Source: Anaerohalosphaeraceae bacterium (GTDB lineage Bacteria > Planctomycetota > Phycisphaerae > Sedimentisphaerales > Anaerohalosphaeraceae). Taken from it: 64,000 nt of DNA. The DNA lies in NCBI GenBank assembly GCA_963675525.2, contig CAXXSL010000008.1, positions 32,001 through 96,000 of the forward strand. Direction: 5' to 3'. Position 1 is the first letter of the stretch. Each line of letters starts with the position of its first letter. A program made the translations under genes and the position numbers. The notes beneath the pieces are model-generated. The model ran no database searches, was not told the DNA's origin, and saw nothing but the letters and a program-made list of their open reading frames with translations. Shown here one piece after another: positions 33,348 through 42,617 of the stretch.

Positions 33348-33902
33348 TCACTCAAGCGTTCCCATCATCACCAACATCGCCTCCTGCTTGAGACTTAACA
33401 CTTCACGCAATTTCTGCTGGGCAGCAACCAATTTCTGTTTATTTTTTTCCTTGGCACCTCTTAATGCATCCAGCTTGGCTTTGATCTCTGCTGCTGACGG
33501 AGCTTCTTTGTCAAGCGTCTTCTGCAAATCATCTGCTGCAATTTCCACCGGGTCGGTCAGGGGCTCGGCACTTTGCTCCTGGCGACGGCCTCCACGGCCC
33601 CGGCCGAACATCCGCATCATTCCGCGGGCACCCGACTGAGACAGTTCCATGACCTCACTCAAACGAGGTTTAATAACAGTCCATTCCTCGTCAGTCGTAC
33701 CCAGACGGTCCTTCATCATTTCCATCATTCGTTCTTGCATCGCCGCACGGTCAAAACCGCCCCGTCCCTGTCCATCCCGCCGGCCGCCTTGTCCCGGACC
33801 TCTTTGACCAGGTCTGTCTTCAGCGGCAAATACCAACGTTGCCCCCAATACACCACACAAAACGATACAAACCAGCGGCAGTAGTTTCTTTTGATTCCCC
33901 AT
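33348..33902 (-). CDS. Exported helical protein (Spy/CpxP-like) heading the T2SS operon
   Basis: Signal peptide, Gly/Arg-rich segments, LREVLSLKQEA C-terminal motif. Confidence 0.6.
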   Translation of the reverse strand: MGNQKKLLPLVCIVLCGVLGATLVFAAEDRPGQRGPGQGGRRDGQGRGGFDRAAMQERMMEMMKDRLGTTDEEWTVIKPRLSEVMELSQSGARGMMRMFGRGRGGRRQEQSAEPLTDPVEIAADDLQKTLDKEAPSAAEIKAKLDALRGAKEKNKQKLVAAQQKLREVLSLKQEAMLVMMGTLE

Positions 33903-34243
33903 TGTCTTATTCCTTTACATAGAAGCCATTATCGGAGACTCCCCGCGGAGCCCTCACACCGCTAAAGTAGGGGAAAATAGCAAATAAGTTACATGAAATT
34001 CAATAAATTTATATGGGTTTTACACTTAAAATGGCTAAAATCCGGAAAGCTTACGGGAAATTTTGAAAATGAACCTGTCTGGAAATTGGTTTATAATGCG
34101 ACCCAAAAAAGCAAAAATTCGGAAAAATCAGATCAAAGAGGGAATTGAGTGAAGAATTATTGATTGAAACATGAATAAATCACGCTTATGGACCGGAAAT
34201 AACCAACGGCGTTTAAATGCCTATCTTGGTGGTGCGGTCGAGA

Positions 34244-34453
34244 TTACTTGTTGCCGGCCGGGTGTGTTTGGTGTTCTCTTTCTTCTTCTTTTTCCTTCTG
34301 GATGGCAATGTAAATTTCTTTACGGTGGACGGCGATATTGCGTGGAGCATTAATGCCCAATCGGACCTTATCGCCGCGTACGTCCACGATGGTGATTTCA
34401 ACATCGTCACCGATCATGATCGACTCATCCTTTTGTCTGCTTAAGACCAACAT
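34244..34453 (-). CDS. csrA: Carbon storage regulator CsrA
   Basis: [56 protein letters not shown]. Confidence 0.96.
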   Translation of the reverse strand: MLVLSRQKDESIMIGDDVEITIVDVRGDKVRLGINAPRNIAVHRKEIYIAIQKEKEEEREHQTHPAGNK

Positions 34454-34782
34454 ATTTCACTCCTAAGTTTTCCGTTGCTGGTCGGTTACGCCTGCCCAGT
34501 AAATAATTCCCTGTGCAACAAGCAACCTTTTCCTTGTCTTTTACTTATACGTTTTTAAAAACACAAGGGCTGAAAAAAAACTCTCCCGTTAAAGCCCTTA
34601 TCAACGAGGCAGATGTTTTTTCGTCCATTTGAGATATTATAAGTAACGAATCTTAAAAAAATGGACCAAAAAACACGCACAAAGAAGTCCTGTTTTTTAT
34701 AAGTATATATAAAAGAACAGCTTAGGATTTGCTTTTCACAAAGAAAAATATCTATGCTCTAATAAATAAAAAAATTATCGGA

Positions 34783-35757
34783 CTATTTTTCTTCTAAAGT
34801 CTGTTGAGTAAGCCGCAGTGATACCCAATATCCTGTCATTGCCCCAATCGCCGAAAATGAGACAAACTGAGCCGGGATTATCGCGTATATGGCGTGCGGA
34901 AAGAAGTCTATTGGCCATGTTGTAACCATGTGTTCTAGTTTTGCTGAACCGATGATTTTTGTTAAAACTCCAATATAAAGCAAAAGTGCGCCGACAACGG
35001 CTGCATAGAAATGTATTTGAAGAAATCGTTTAATAAGAAAAGCTGCTAATCCGACAGATAAAAAGACACCAAAAGCTATTTGGCCATTGCCCGGGGTACC
35101 CACCACATAGCCAAGTTTCGGGTCGATTTGACGAATATCCTGAGCAAAAATCCCAATCGTAAAGTACACGACAATCATGGTTGCCACGATAGCGGCTAAG
35201 ATATTCACCAACTGCTTCTCTTTCTTTTCATCAGACGATTGCCCCAAAACCACTACCTTTGCGTTAACCAGTTTGGACATTAATGCAGTTCCTGCACATC
35301 CGGCCACACAAATCGCAAGCCAAAAAACAGATTCCCAGCGAAAAAAGGAATATAACTCGTTTCGCTGCTCAAATGTCGACTTGATCAACAGCAATTGCTT
35401 GATACCGCCGCTGCATAGCGCCAATACGGCCACCCCTGCAGGTGCGGCATAAGGGCCCAAAATACCCCCGATCGGATAGCAAACAAGCGTTGCAAGCCCC
35501 CCCGCAGCAAAAGCCAGCCCGACAAAGATCATAGCCTGAAAAATTGAAATTTGGCCCGTAAATAAACTAATCGCTCCGAGAGGATCCTCGGGTTTGACCA
35601 TTACATATCCTGCTGCGCCAACAACCAACACACCGGTACCCAAAGACGCCAGAATTCTGACTCGCATCAGCCAAGGTACATTAAATAACCCCAGCCCAAA
35701 ATAGATCAGGGCAACTGCGGCAATAACTTTTAATGCGATCGGATATAACCATTCCAT
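34783..35757 (-). CDS. Hypothetical polytopic membrane protein
   Basis: 324 aa, about 9 hydrophobic segments; AAGGA RBS. Confidence 0.75.
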   Translation of the reverse strand: MEWLYPIALKVIAAVALIYFGLGLFNVPWLMRVRILASLGTGVLVVGAAGYVMVKPEDPLGAISLFTGQISIFQAMIFVGLAFAAGGLATLVCYPIGGILGPYAAPAGVAVLALCSGGIKQLLLIKSTFEQRNELYSFFRWESVFWLAICVAGCAGTALMSKLVNAKVVVLGQSSDEKKEKQLVNILAAIVATMIVVYFTIGIFAQDIRQIDPKLGYVVGTPGNGQIAFGVFLSVGLAAFLIKRFLQIHFYAAVVGALLLYIGVLTKIIGSAKLEHMVTTWPIDFFPHAIYAIIPAQFVSFSAIGAMTGYWVSLRLTQQTLEEK

Positions 35758-35939
35758 TCATAAGTCCTTTCGATAGATGAGCATAAAATAACACGCCCGT
35801 CCCTGCCGGTCAAGATAAAACAATACCTTCGCCGGAACAGATTAATTTAAGGAAAATAAGAGATTGAAATCACGCCTTCGTATGGCAAAACAAAGACATG
35901 GGCATGATTACAACGATGTAAAAATGCTCCAAAGACAAG

Positions 35940-36146
35940 GGCCAGGCTGGCGATCCTGACGGCGACGAACTGACAGTCAAATGGGATATCCGGAAGGATG
36001 TCTCGGATAATCCTGTCACCGGCGGCGACTGAGAGGAAAGGACTCCGCCTATTGAGGAGACGATCATTTCGTCTGAATCAGACAAAGCCGTTATTAATCT
36101 GCCCACAGAGGAAGGAAATTAGCGAATATTTGTTTGTGTATATGAT
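35940..36146 (+). pseudogene. Degraded remnant of an Ig-like C-terminal domain of a glycoside hydrolase
   Basis: One frame reads DPDGDELTVKWDIRKDVSDNPVTGGD*EERTPPIEETIISSESDKAVINLPTEEGN*RIFVCVYD, stops at 36030 and 36120. Confidence 0.5.
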
Positions 36147-36406
36147 CTGTCTTGAAATGAGGCCGCTGTGGATCAGCCGATACGGGTTGAATAACCGTTG
36201 GATACGAAAAAAATTCTGCAATATTCATTTGAAAAGTCAACCTTTGGCCACATATCCGCTATCTGTGTTATATCCGTAATTCTACGGATAAAGCTTGAAT
36301 TTCTGTTGGAATTTTGTTAGAATGAAGTGACAGAAATGGGGCGGATGTTGTATTTCGTGCCTGAGGTAAAACAACTCGATTATTTTCTTGTGTTCTAAAT
36401 GGTGAG

Positions 36407-39400
36407 GTGGGAATGAATGAACATCATAACGGGTTCACGTTTAAAAGCACGCAAACCCAATTCGTCTCTTTGCTACTAATTGCATTCTTCACTGTTTCGG
36501 CTCCGGCTGCGCTATATCCTACAGGAGACCTTGATCAGGATTTTACTGTGGACATTGACGATCTAATGATTTTTGCCGAACAATGGTTGAGCGAATCCGG
36601 ATGCACACCGCCCTATTGTGCCGAACTCGATGGTGTCAATCGGGTTACTTTATCGGATTTTTCCATTTTGGCTAAAAATTGGCTCGAAAACTATGGCCTC
36701 CCACTGGTCATTAACGAGTTCATGGCATCCAATAGCAGTGCCGGTGGTGTTGCTGATCCGCAGGGTGAATATGATGACTGGATCGAAATCCATAACGTCG
36801 GCGAAACCGCGATCGACCTGGGCGGAATGTATCTGACCGACGATCTCAATACCCCAATGACTTGGCAGTTCCCCAGCGACCGCCCCACCGAAACGACCAT
36901 TGATCCGAATGGCTTTTTAATTCTCTGGGCCGATGAAGATATCGCCGAGTCTTCCGGTCTGCACGCAGGCTTCCAGCTTAGTAGTAACGGAGAGGAAATT
37001 GGTTTATTTGACACCGACGGGACGACCCTGATTGACTCCGTTATTTTCGGCGACCAGGTTTCTGATGTCTCCTACGGCCGCTGGCCGGACGGCGCCAATG
37101 ACTGGCGTTTCTTTGCTGTTCCCACACCCGCTGCGCAGAATAATAATGCGTCACTTGGCCTTGTAGTGGATACAAAATTCAGCCATAATCGCGGCTTTTA
37201 CGATGCACCGTTTAATTTAACCATTACCTGTGCCACGCCGGGGGCTCAAATTTATTATACGACGGACGGCAGCGCTCCGGTAGAAAACGAGGCCAGCACG
37301 GCTACCAGCACACTCTACACCGGCCCTGTCTCCATAACATCGAACACCTGCATCCGCGCCGCTGCCATCAAGACCGGTTGGATACCCACGAACATAGATA
37401 CGCATACTTATATCTTTAACGCCAGCGATACAATCAAGTCGTTACCGGTATATTCAATCGTAGGCGACGAACAGAAATCCCTTTTTGAACCTTATGGAGT
37501 AATGGCGATTGTCGGCGGATATTACAGCGGTGGCGTCTGGCAGTCAGACGGAGCGGGAAGTTACAACAATCCGATGCAGCGAGGCACCGGATACGAACGG
37601 CCCGTTTCATTTGAGGTGCTCAATCCGCAAACGGGTGACAATTGTCAGATCGACTGCGGGATTCGCGTGGCAGGCAGCGATTATCATCGTCCTCGCTACA
37701 CTCGCGGCGATAACTGGGATTACAATTACGACAAATTCAGCTTTAAGCTTTTCTTTCGGGGTGAATATGGCAACAGTGATCTCGATTATCCGCTCTTTCC
37801 ACTGGCGGATACGGGCACTTTCAAGTCTTTTGTACTTCGCGGCGGGCATAATGACGTGCGAAATCCGTTCATAAGAGATGAAATGCTCAGACGCCTGCAT
37901 CAGGATATGGGCGGCGTTGCCGTAACAGGCACCGTCGTCAACTTTTTCCTCAATGGCGAGTTCAAGTCTTTTTACAACCCATGCGGACGCCTGGATGATG
38001 ACTTCTTCAGGAACTATTATGATGTGGATACCGACTGGGACGTCATCACGCAGCGAGCAGTACGTAACGGTGATGCCACTGCATGGAATGCGGCTCTTAA
38101 TTTTTGCAGATACACTGACTTGTCTGATACGTCTAATTATGCCCAGGCCGGCGAAATGATCGATATTACGGATTTTATTGACTACCTGATTATCCAGTTG
38201 TATTCGGCAAACTGGGACTGGCCGTCCAACAATTGGACCGTGTCACATGAACGGTCGCCGGAGGGCAAGTTCCGCTTCCATTGCTGGGATATGGAAGGAA
38301 CGATGGAATCGGGGTGGATTAACGGTTTTGGCTTCGATGATTTCCCAAGTTGGGGACCGGGAGGCCTCAACGGCCTGGAAACACAACTGGCCTGGATTTA
38401 TCGCGGACTTAAGGCCAATCCGGAATTTAAAGTGCTCTTTGCCGACCGAATTCAAAAGCACTTCTTCTATGACGGGGCATTAATACAGGCCAATATAGCA
38501 AAGCGGTATACTGAATTACGGCAGCAAATGTCTCAGGTATTGCCCGGGATGGATACCTCGATTCTCACCTACTGGATTCCCAATCGGCACCAGATCATGC
38601 TGGACAAGTTTACCTCCGAGAATCTCTTCCCGAGTCCGGGGCCCGATTTTCGTGTCAACGGCGTATCGCAACATGGTGGTTCCGTTTTTTCTACGGATAC
38701 GATCACCATTGTCAAAACGGGTTCATCAGGAACGCTCTATTATACGACCGATGGCAATGATCCGCGAACACCCGCTTATGCATCAGAAGAGGAAAATTTA
38801 ATACTCGATAATACCTCCAAAAAGGCATTCGTACCAACAAGTGATATCGGGACCGCCTGGCGCGGCGGCAGCGAGCCCTACGATGATTCAAGTTGGACGA
38901 GCGGAACCAGCGGCGTTGGATACGAAACGGGCTCCGGTTATGAAAGTTACATCGGCATCGATGTCAAAGAGGATATGTACAACAAACTTATGAATTGTTA
39001 CGTCCGAATCCCGTTTACTATCGACGGCGGCGAACTGCCCTACAGCAGCCTCGAATTAAGGGTTCGCTATGACGATGCTTTTGTCGCCTATATCAACGGC
39101 ACAGAAGTCTATCGCGTCGGTTTCACCGGCGAGCCAATGTGGAACTCCAACACCAGCAACAGCCATGAAGCTTCCGCCGCATGGGATTCTTATAATATTT
39201 CGGCCCATGTCGGAACGTTACAGGCCGGCACAAATATCCTGGCCATACACGGTCTGAATTATTCTACAGGCAGTTCGGACTTCCTGATCGCCGCAGAATT
39301 GGAAGCTTCCGCGGGTACTTTTGCAGCGGGTATTTCGCCGAGTGCGATCGAGTATGCGGGAGGCTTTACCATGCCTCAGAGTACGGAACTTAAATCACGT

Positions 39401-40960
39401 GTTCTCTTAACATCGGGGTTGTGGAGTGCCCTGCATGAGGCCACTTACGGGGTCGGCCCCGTTGCCGAAAGTCTGCGGATCAGCGAGATCATGTATCATC
39501 CCGCCGATCCGAACGATGAATTCATTGAGTTGGTTAACGTTGGCAGCGGCTCCATTAATCTGAATCTTGTACGATTCACCAAAGGTGTAGACTTTACATT
39601 CGGAGCGAACGTGCTGGGCGTTGGGGACCGTATTCTGGTGGTCCGCGATGAAGCCGAATTCATGCAGCGGTATCCGACGTTCTCCGGGCAGATCGCCGGC
39701 GAATACGAAGGCCGCCTGAATGACGCCGGTGATAAGATCCGTCTGCGGGATGCCTTGGATACCATCATTCAGGAGTTTACTTACAAAGACGGTTGGTATG
39801 ACATCACGGACGGCGACGGATTCTCCCTGACGATCCGGGACGCCTCCAGCAGCGACCCGAACGATTGGGATACCAAAGAAGGCTGGCGGCCCAGCGTAGC
39901 GGTCGGTGGTTCGCCGGGAACCGATGACAGTGGTGTGCTGCCGGACCCGGGCTCAGTGGTCATCAATGAAGTGCTGGCTCATTCGCACGCACTGGAACCG
40001 GACTGGATCGAACTGCACAATACAACCGGATTGCCGATCAATATCGGCGGCTGGTTCCTCAGCGATAATAACGATGACGACCCGAACATTATGAAGTATG
40101 AAATTCCGACCGGCACAAGCATCCCCGCGAACGGATATATCGTCTTCTATGAGGATGACCACTTCGGCAATCCCACCGCAACGGGAGTTAATACCCCGTT
40201 TGCCTTGAGCGAAGGCGGTGAGACGGTCTATCTGCGAAGCGGGCTCAATGGGGTCATCGGTGGTTATGAAGAATCCGAAAGCTTCGGCGCTTCGCCCACA
40301 AACATCGCATTCGGCAGGCATCTCAAGAGTCTGCTTGACGGCGGGGTGAACTTTGTGCCGATGAGTACCAATACACCGGAATCGGCCAACGCTTATCCGC
40401 AGGTCGGTCCCATTGTAATCACAGAAATCATGTACAACACAGAAGCGGTCAATACCGGTGGCGAATACATCGAACTCCACAATATTACCGGTTCCCCTGT
40501 AACGCTGCAGGATTCCGTTAGTACCGAGACTTCGCCGGGTGTGTTCAGCACGGATACCATTACATGGCAGTTCAGCGATGGCATCGATTTTGTCTTCCCG
40601 ACAGGGACGACAATACCCGCCAACAGCTATCTGATCATTGCCGAAGATCCGGCGGCCTTTACCTCATACTACGGCTCAATGCCGGCGGGTGTCAATGTGA
40701 TCGGTCCTTTCCAGAATACCACGGCACTAAGCAATGGCGGTGAGCAGATCCAGATCATTCGTCCCGGTGATCAGGAATACGGCAAGGATCGATTCTGGTT
40801 CCGTACCGATCGTGTGACGTACGACGATGACGCTCCCTGGCCGATCAGTGCTGACGGCGATGGAGACTCTTTGCAGCAGAAAACGCCGGATGTTGCCGGG
40901 GCCAATTATAGTAATGATGTCATCAACTGGAAGGCGGATACTCCGAATCCGGGCCAGTAA
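36407..40960 (+). CDS. Large exported lamin-tail-domain / CotH-kinase protein with N-terminal dockerin-like pair
   Basis: GDLDQDFTVDIDDL...WL twice; four LTDs (VINEFMASN, ISEIMYHP, VINEVLAH, ITEIMYN); FSHNRGFY/YYTTDGS Fn3-like; CotH motifs NWDWPSNN, WDME. Confidence 0.85.
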   Translation: MGMNEHHNGFTFKSTQTQFVSLLLIAFFTVSAPAALYPTGDLDQDFTVDIDDLMIFAEQWLSESGCTPPYCAELDGVNRVTLSDFSILAKNWLENYGLPLVINEFMASNSSAGGVADPQGEYDDWIEIHNVGETAIDLGGMYLTDDLNTPMTWQFPSDRPTETTIDPNGFLILWADEDIAESSGLHAGFQLSSNGEEIGLFDTDGTTLIDSVIFGDQVSDVSYGRWPDGANDWRFFAVPTPAAQNNNASLGLVVDTKFSHNRGFYDAPFNLTITCATPGAQIYYTTDGSAPVENEASTATSTLYTGPVSITSNTCIRAAAIKTGWIPTNIDTHTYIFNASDTIKSLPVYSIVGDEQKSLFEPYGVMAIVGGYYSGGVWQSDGAGSYNNPMQRGTGYERPVSFEVLNPQTGDNCQIDCGIRVAGSDYHRPRYTRGDNWDYNYDKFSFKLFFRGEYGNSDLDYPLFPLADTGTFKSFVLRGGHNDVRNPFIRDEMLRRLHQDMGGVAVTGTVVNFFLNGEFKSFYNPCGRLDDDFFRNYYDVDTDWDVITQRAVRNGDATAWNAALNFCRYTDLSDTSNYAQAGEMIDITDFIDYLIIQLYSANWDWPSNNWTVSHERSPEGKFRFHCWDMEGTMESGWINGFGFDDFPSWGPGGLNGLETQLAWIYRGLKANPEFKVLFADRIQKHFFYDGALIQANIAKRYTELRQQMSQVLPGMDTSILTYWIPNRHQIMLDKFTSENLFPSPGPDFRVNGVSQHGGSVFSTDTITIVKTGSSGTLYYTTDGNDPRTPAYASEEENLILDNTSKKAFVPTSDIGTAWRGGSEPYDDSSWTSGTSGVGYETGSGYESYIGIDVKEDMYNKLMNCYVRIPFTIDGGELPYSSLELRVRYDDAFVAYINGTEVYRVGFTGEPMWNSNTSNSHEASAAWDSYNISAHVGTLQAGTNILAIHGLNYSTGSSDFLIAAELEASAGTFAAGISPSAIEYAGGFTMPQSTELKSRVLLTSGLWSALHEATYGVGPVAESLRISEIMYHPADPNDEFIELVNVGSGSINLNLVRFTKGVDFTFGANVLGVGDRILVVRDEAEFMQRYPTFSGQIAGEYEGRLNDAGDKIRLRDALDTIIQEFTYKDGWYDITDGDGFSLTIRDASSSDPNDWDTKEGWRPSVAVGGSPGTDDSGVLPDPGSVVINEVLAHSHALEPDWIELHNTTGLPINIGGWFLSDNNDDDPNIMKYEIPTGTSIPANGYIVFYEDDHFGNPTATGVNTPFALSEGGETVYLRSGLNGVIGGYEESESFGASPTNIAFGRHLKSLLDGGVNFVPMSTNTPESANAYPQVGPIVITEIMYNTEAVNTGGEYIELHNITGSPVTLQDSVSTETSPGVFSTDTITWQFSDGIDFVFPTGTTIPANSYLIIAEDPAAFTSYYGSMPAGVNVIGPFQNTTALSNGGEQIQIIRPGDQEYGKDRFWFRTDRVTYDDDAPWPISADGDGDSLQQKTPDVAGANYSNDVINWKADTPNPGQ

Positions 40961-41082
40961 TTCATGAACCTGAATGCGCGTCTTTGCTGTATTCCCTTTC
41001 GGCAATGAAACGCCATAGATTAAATTCAGATGTCAAGGCAATGCCGTTCTCTATTAAATTGTGCGAGTCATTTCCTGATGTA

Positions 41083-42552
41083 TCAATAAATAAGCGTTTG
41101 AATGGAGTGCGGCAGTATCGTTTCTTCAACCGCCTGAAGTCCAATATACAATTTGTAGGTTATTTTTTGATCACTCTGATTCATCACAACCGTCACCATA
41201 GCTCCATCTTCATTCAAAAATGAAGTGCTTAACAAATGACTTCTGCTGCTGACCGTACTGACCCTTTTTGCGCCAGGACGAATAAATTTGGAAAAATGGC
41301 CGATGTAATAATAAGATGGCGTGTAAATTAATTCTCCTTTTTTCGTATCCGCATGAACCGGTGCAAAACAGAAGTTTCCAACATGATTAGGACCGCCGGT
41401 TTCGTCCAACAGGATATTCCAGTCCGTCCATCCCACCGTTCCTTTGTTGAAATCATTGATCATCGATTGTCCATATCGTTCCGCATTCGGCCAGTATTGG
41501 TATTTCGCAGCATCAAAACTTTCAACACACCCTTCCGTAAACAGCAAATGCTTGTCCGGATAGGACTCTTTAACGCGCGCCAGGTTTTCGTACATGTATT
41601 CGCCGCCGGCCCAGACCTCGTACCAGTGAAAACCAATCCCCCAGGCATATTGGGACGCCTCGGGATCATCAAATATGGTGTTGGCCCTGTTGGTGATCAA
41701 GTCTCTGTTATGATCCCAGACGACAATTTTTTTGTCGCCAAGTCCCTCTCGCTGCATGACCGGGCCAAGATGGTTTTTCAAAAAGTCTCTTTCTTCAGCC
41801 GCAGTGTAAATGCACGACTCCCACCGCTGCGTTGCCATGGGTTCGTTTTGAACCGTAATTCCCCAAATCGGCGCCCCCTCGTTTTCATAGGCTTTGATAA
41901 ACTTCGTGTAATACAGCGCCCAGGAGGAATAATACTCAGGCAGCAGTTTTCCGCCCCGCAGCATGTTATGATTGTCTTTCATAAATGCCGGAGGACTCCA
42001 GGGACTTGCGTATAACAGCAGTTTCCCGCCGGCCGCCTTAATTGCTTTTTTGATGAAAGGAATTCGGTATTGCCTGTCATGGTCAATGTTAAATGTATTT
42101 AATTCTTTGTCTTCATCCGAAACGTAGGTATAACTTTCGCTGCTGAAGTCACAACTGTGAATGGAGGTTCTTGCCAGTGTATAGCCGACCCCTTCTTCTT
42201 TGTCGTAGCAGGCTTTTAAAAATTCGTTTTGTTTGCTTTCCGGCAATTTGGCAAAGACTTCGGCTGAAGCATCCGTAAGAGATCCCCCGATCCCCAGAAA
42301 ACTTTGGAATCTTTTGTTGGGATTTACAAAAACAGACACTTCTGATTCAAGCGGCTGCCTGGCCGGCTTGAATGACTTATTGCCGGTCAACGCCATCCTG
42401 AGATCTGTACCCTCGGCAGTCGTATAAACTAAAACCTTTTTACCTTCGATTGAAAATGCCTGCCCCAAAGGTTGATGTTCACTCGCTAAGGAACATCCAA
42501 TGACAAACAGACCGAACACTGAAACCGCAATGTTTTTTTTCACAATAACCAT
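41083..42552 (-). CDS. GH30 glycoside hydrolase (glucosylceramidase-like)
   Basis: GIGGSLTD, SCDFS, ASPWSPP, TVQNEP, WDHNR, FTEGC, WTDWN, GHFSKFIRPGA. Confidence 0.9.
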   Translation of the reverse strand: MVIVKKNIAVSVFGLFVIGCSLASEHQPLGQAFSIEGKKVLVYTTAEGTDLRMALTGNKSFKPARQPLESEVSVFVNPNKRFQSFLGIGGSLTDASAEVFAKLPESKQNEFLKACYDKEEGVGYTLARTSIHSCDFSSESYTYVSDEDKELNTFNIDHDRQYRIPFIKKAIKAAGGKLLLYASPWSPPAFMKDNHNMLRGGKLLPEYYSSWALYYTKFIKAYENEGAPIWGITVQNEPMATQRWESCIYTAAEERDFLKNHLGPVMQREGLGDKKIVVWDHNRDLITNRANTIFDDPEASQYAWGIGFHWYEVWAGGEYMYENLARVKESYPDKHLLFTEGCVESFDAAKYQYWPNAERYGQSMINDFNKGTVGWTDWNILLDETGGPNHVGNFCFAPVHADTKKGELIYTPSYYYIGHFSKFIRPGAKRVSTVSSRSHLLSTSFLNEDGAMVTVVMNQSDQKITYKLYIGLQAVEETILPHSIQTLIY

Positions 42553-42617
42553 CCTTAGATAAACTGTATGTCCACACTCAGCTTTTTTAAAATCAAAATC
42601 ACATTGATATCACGATC

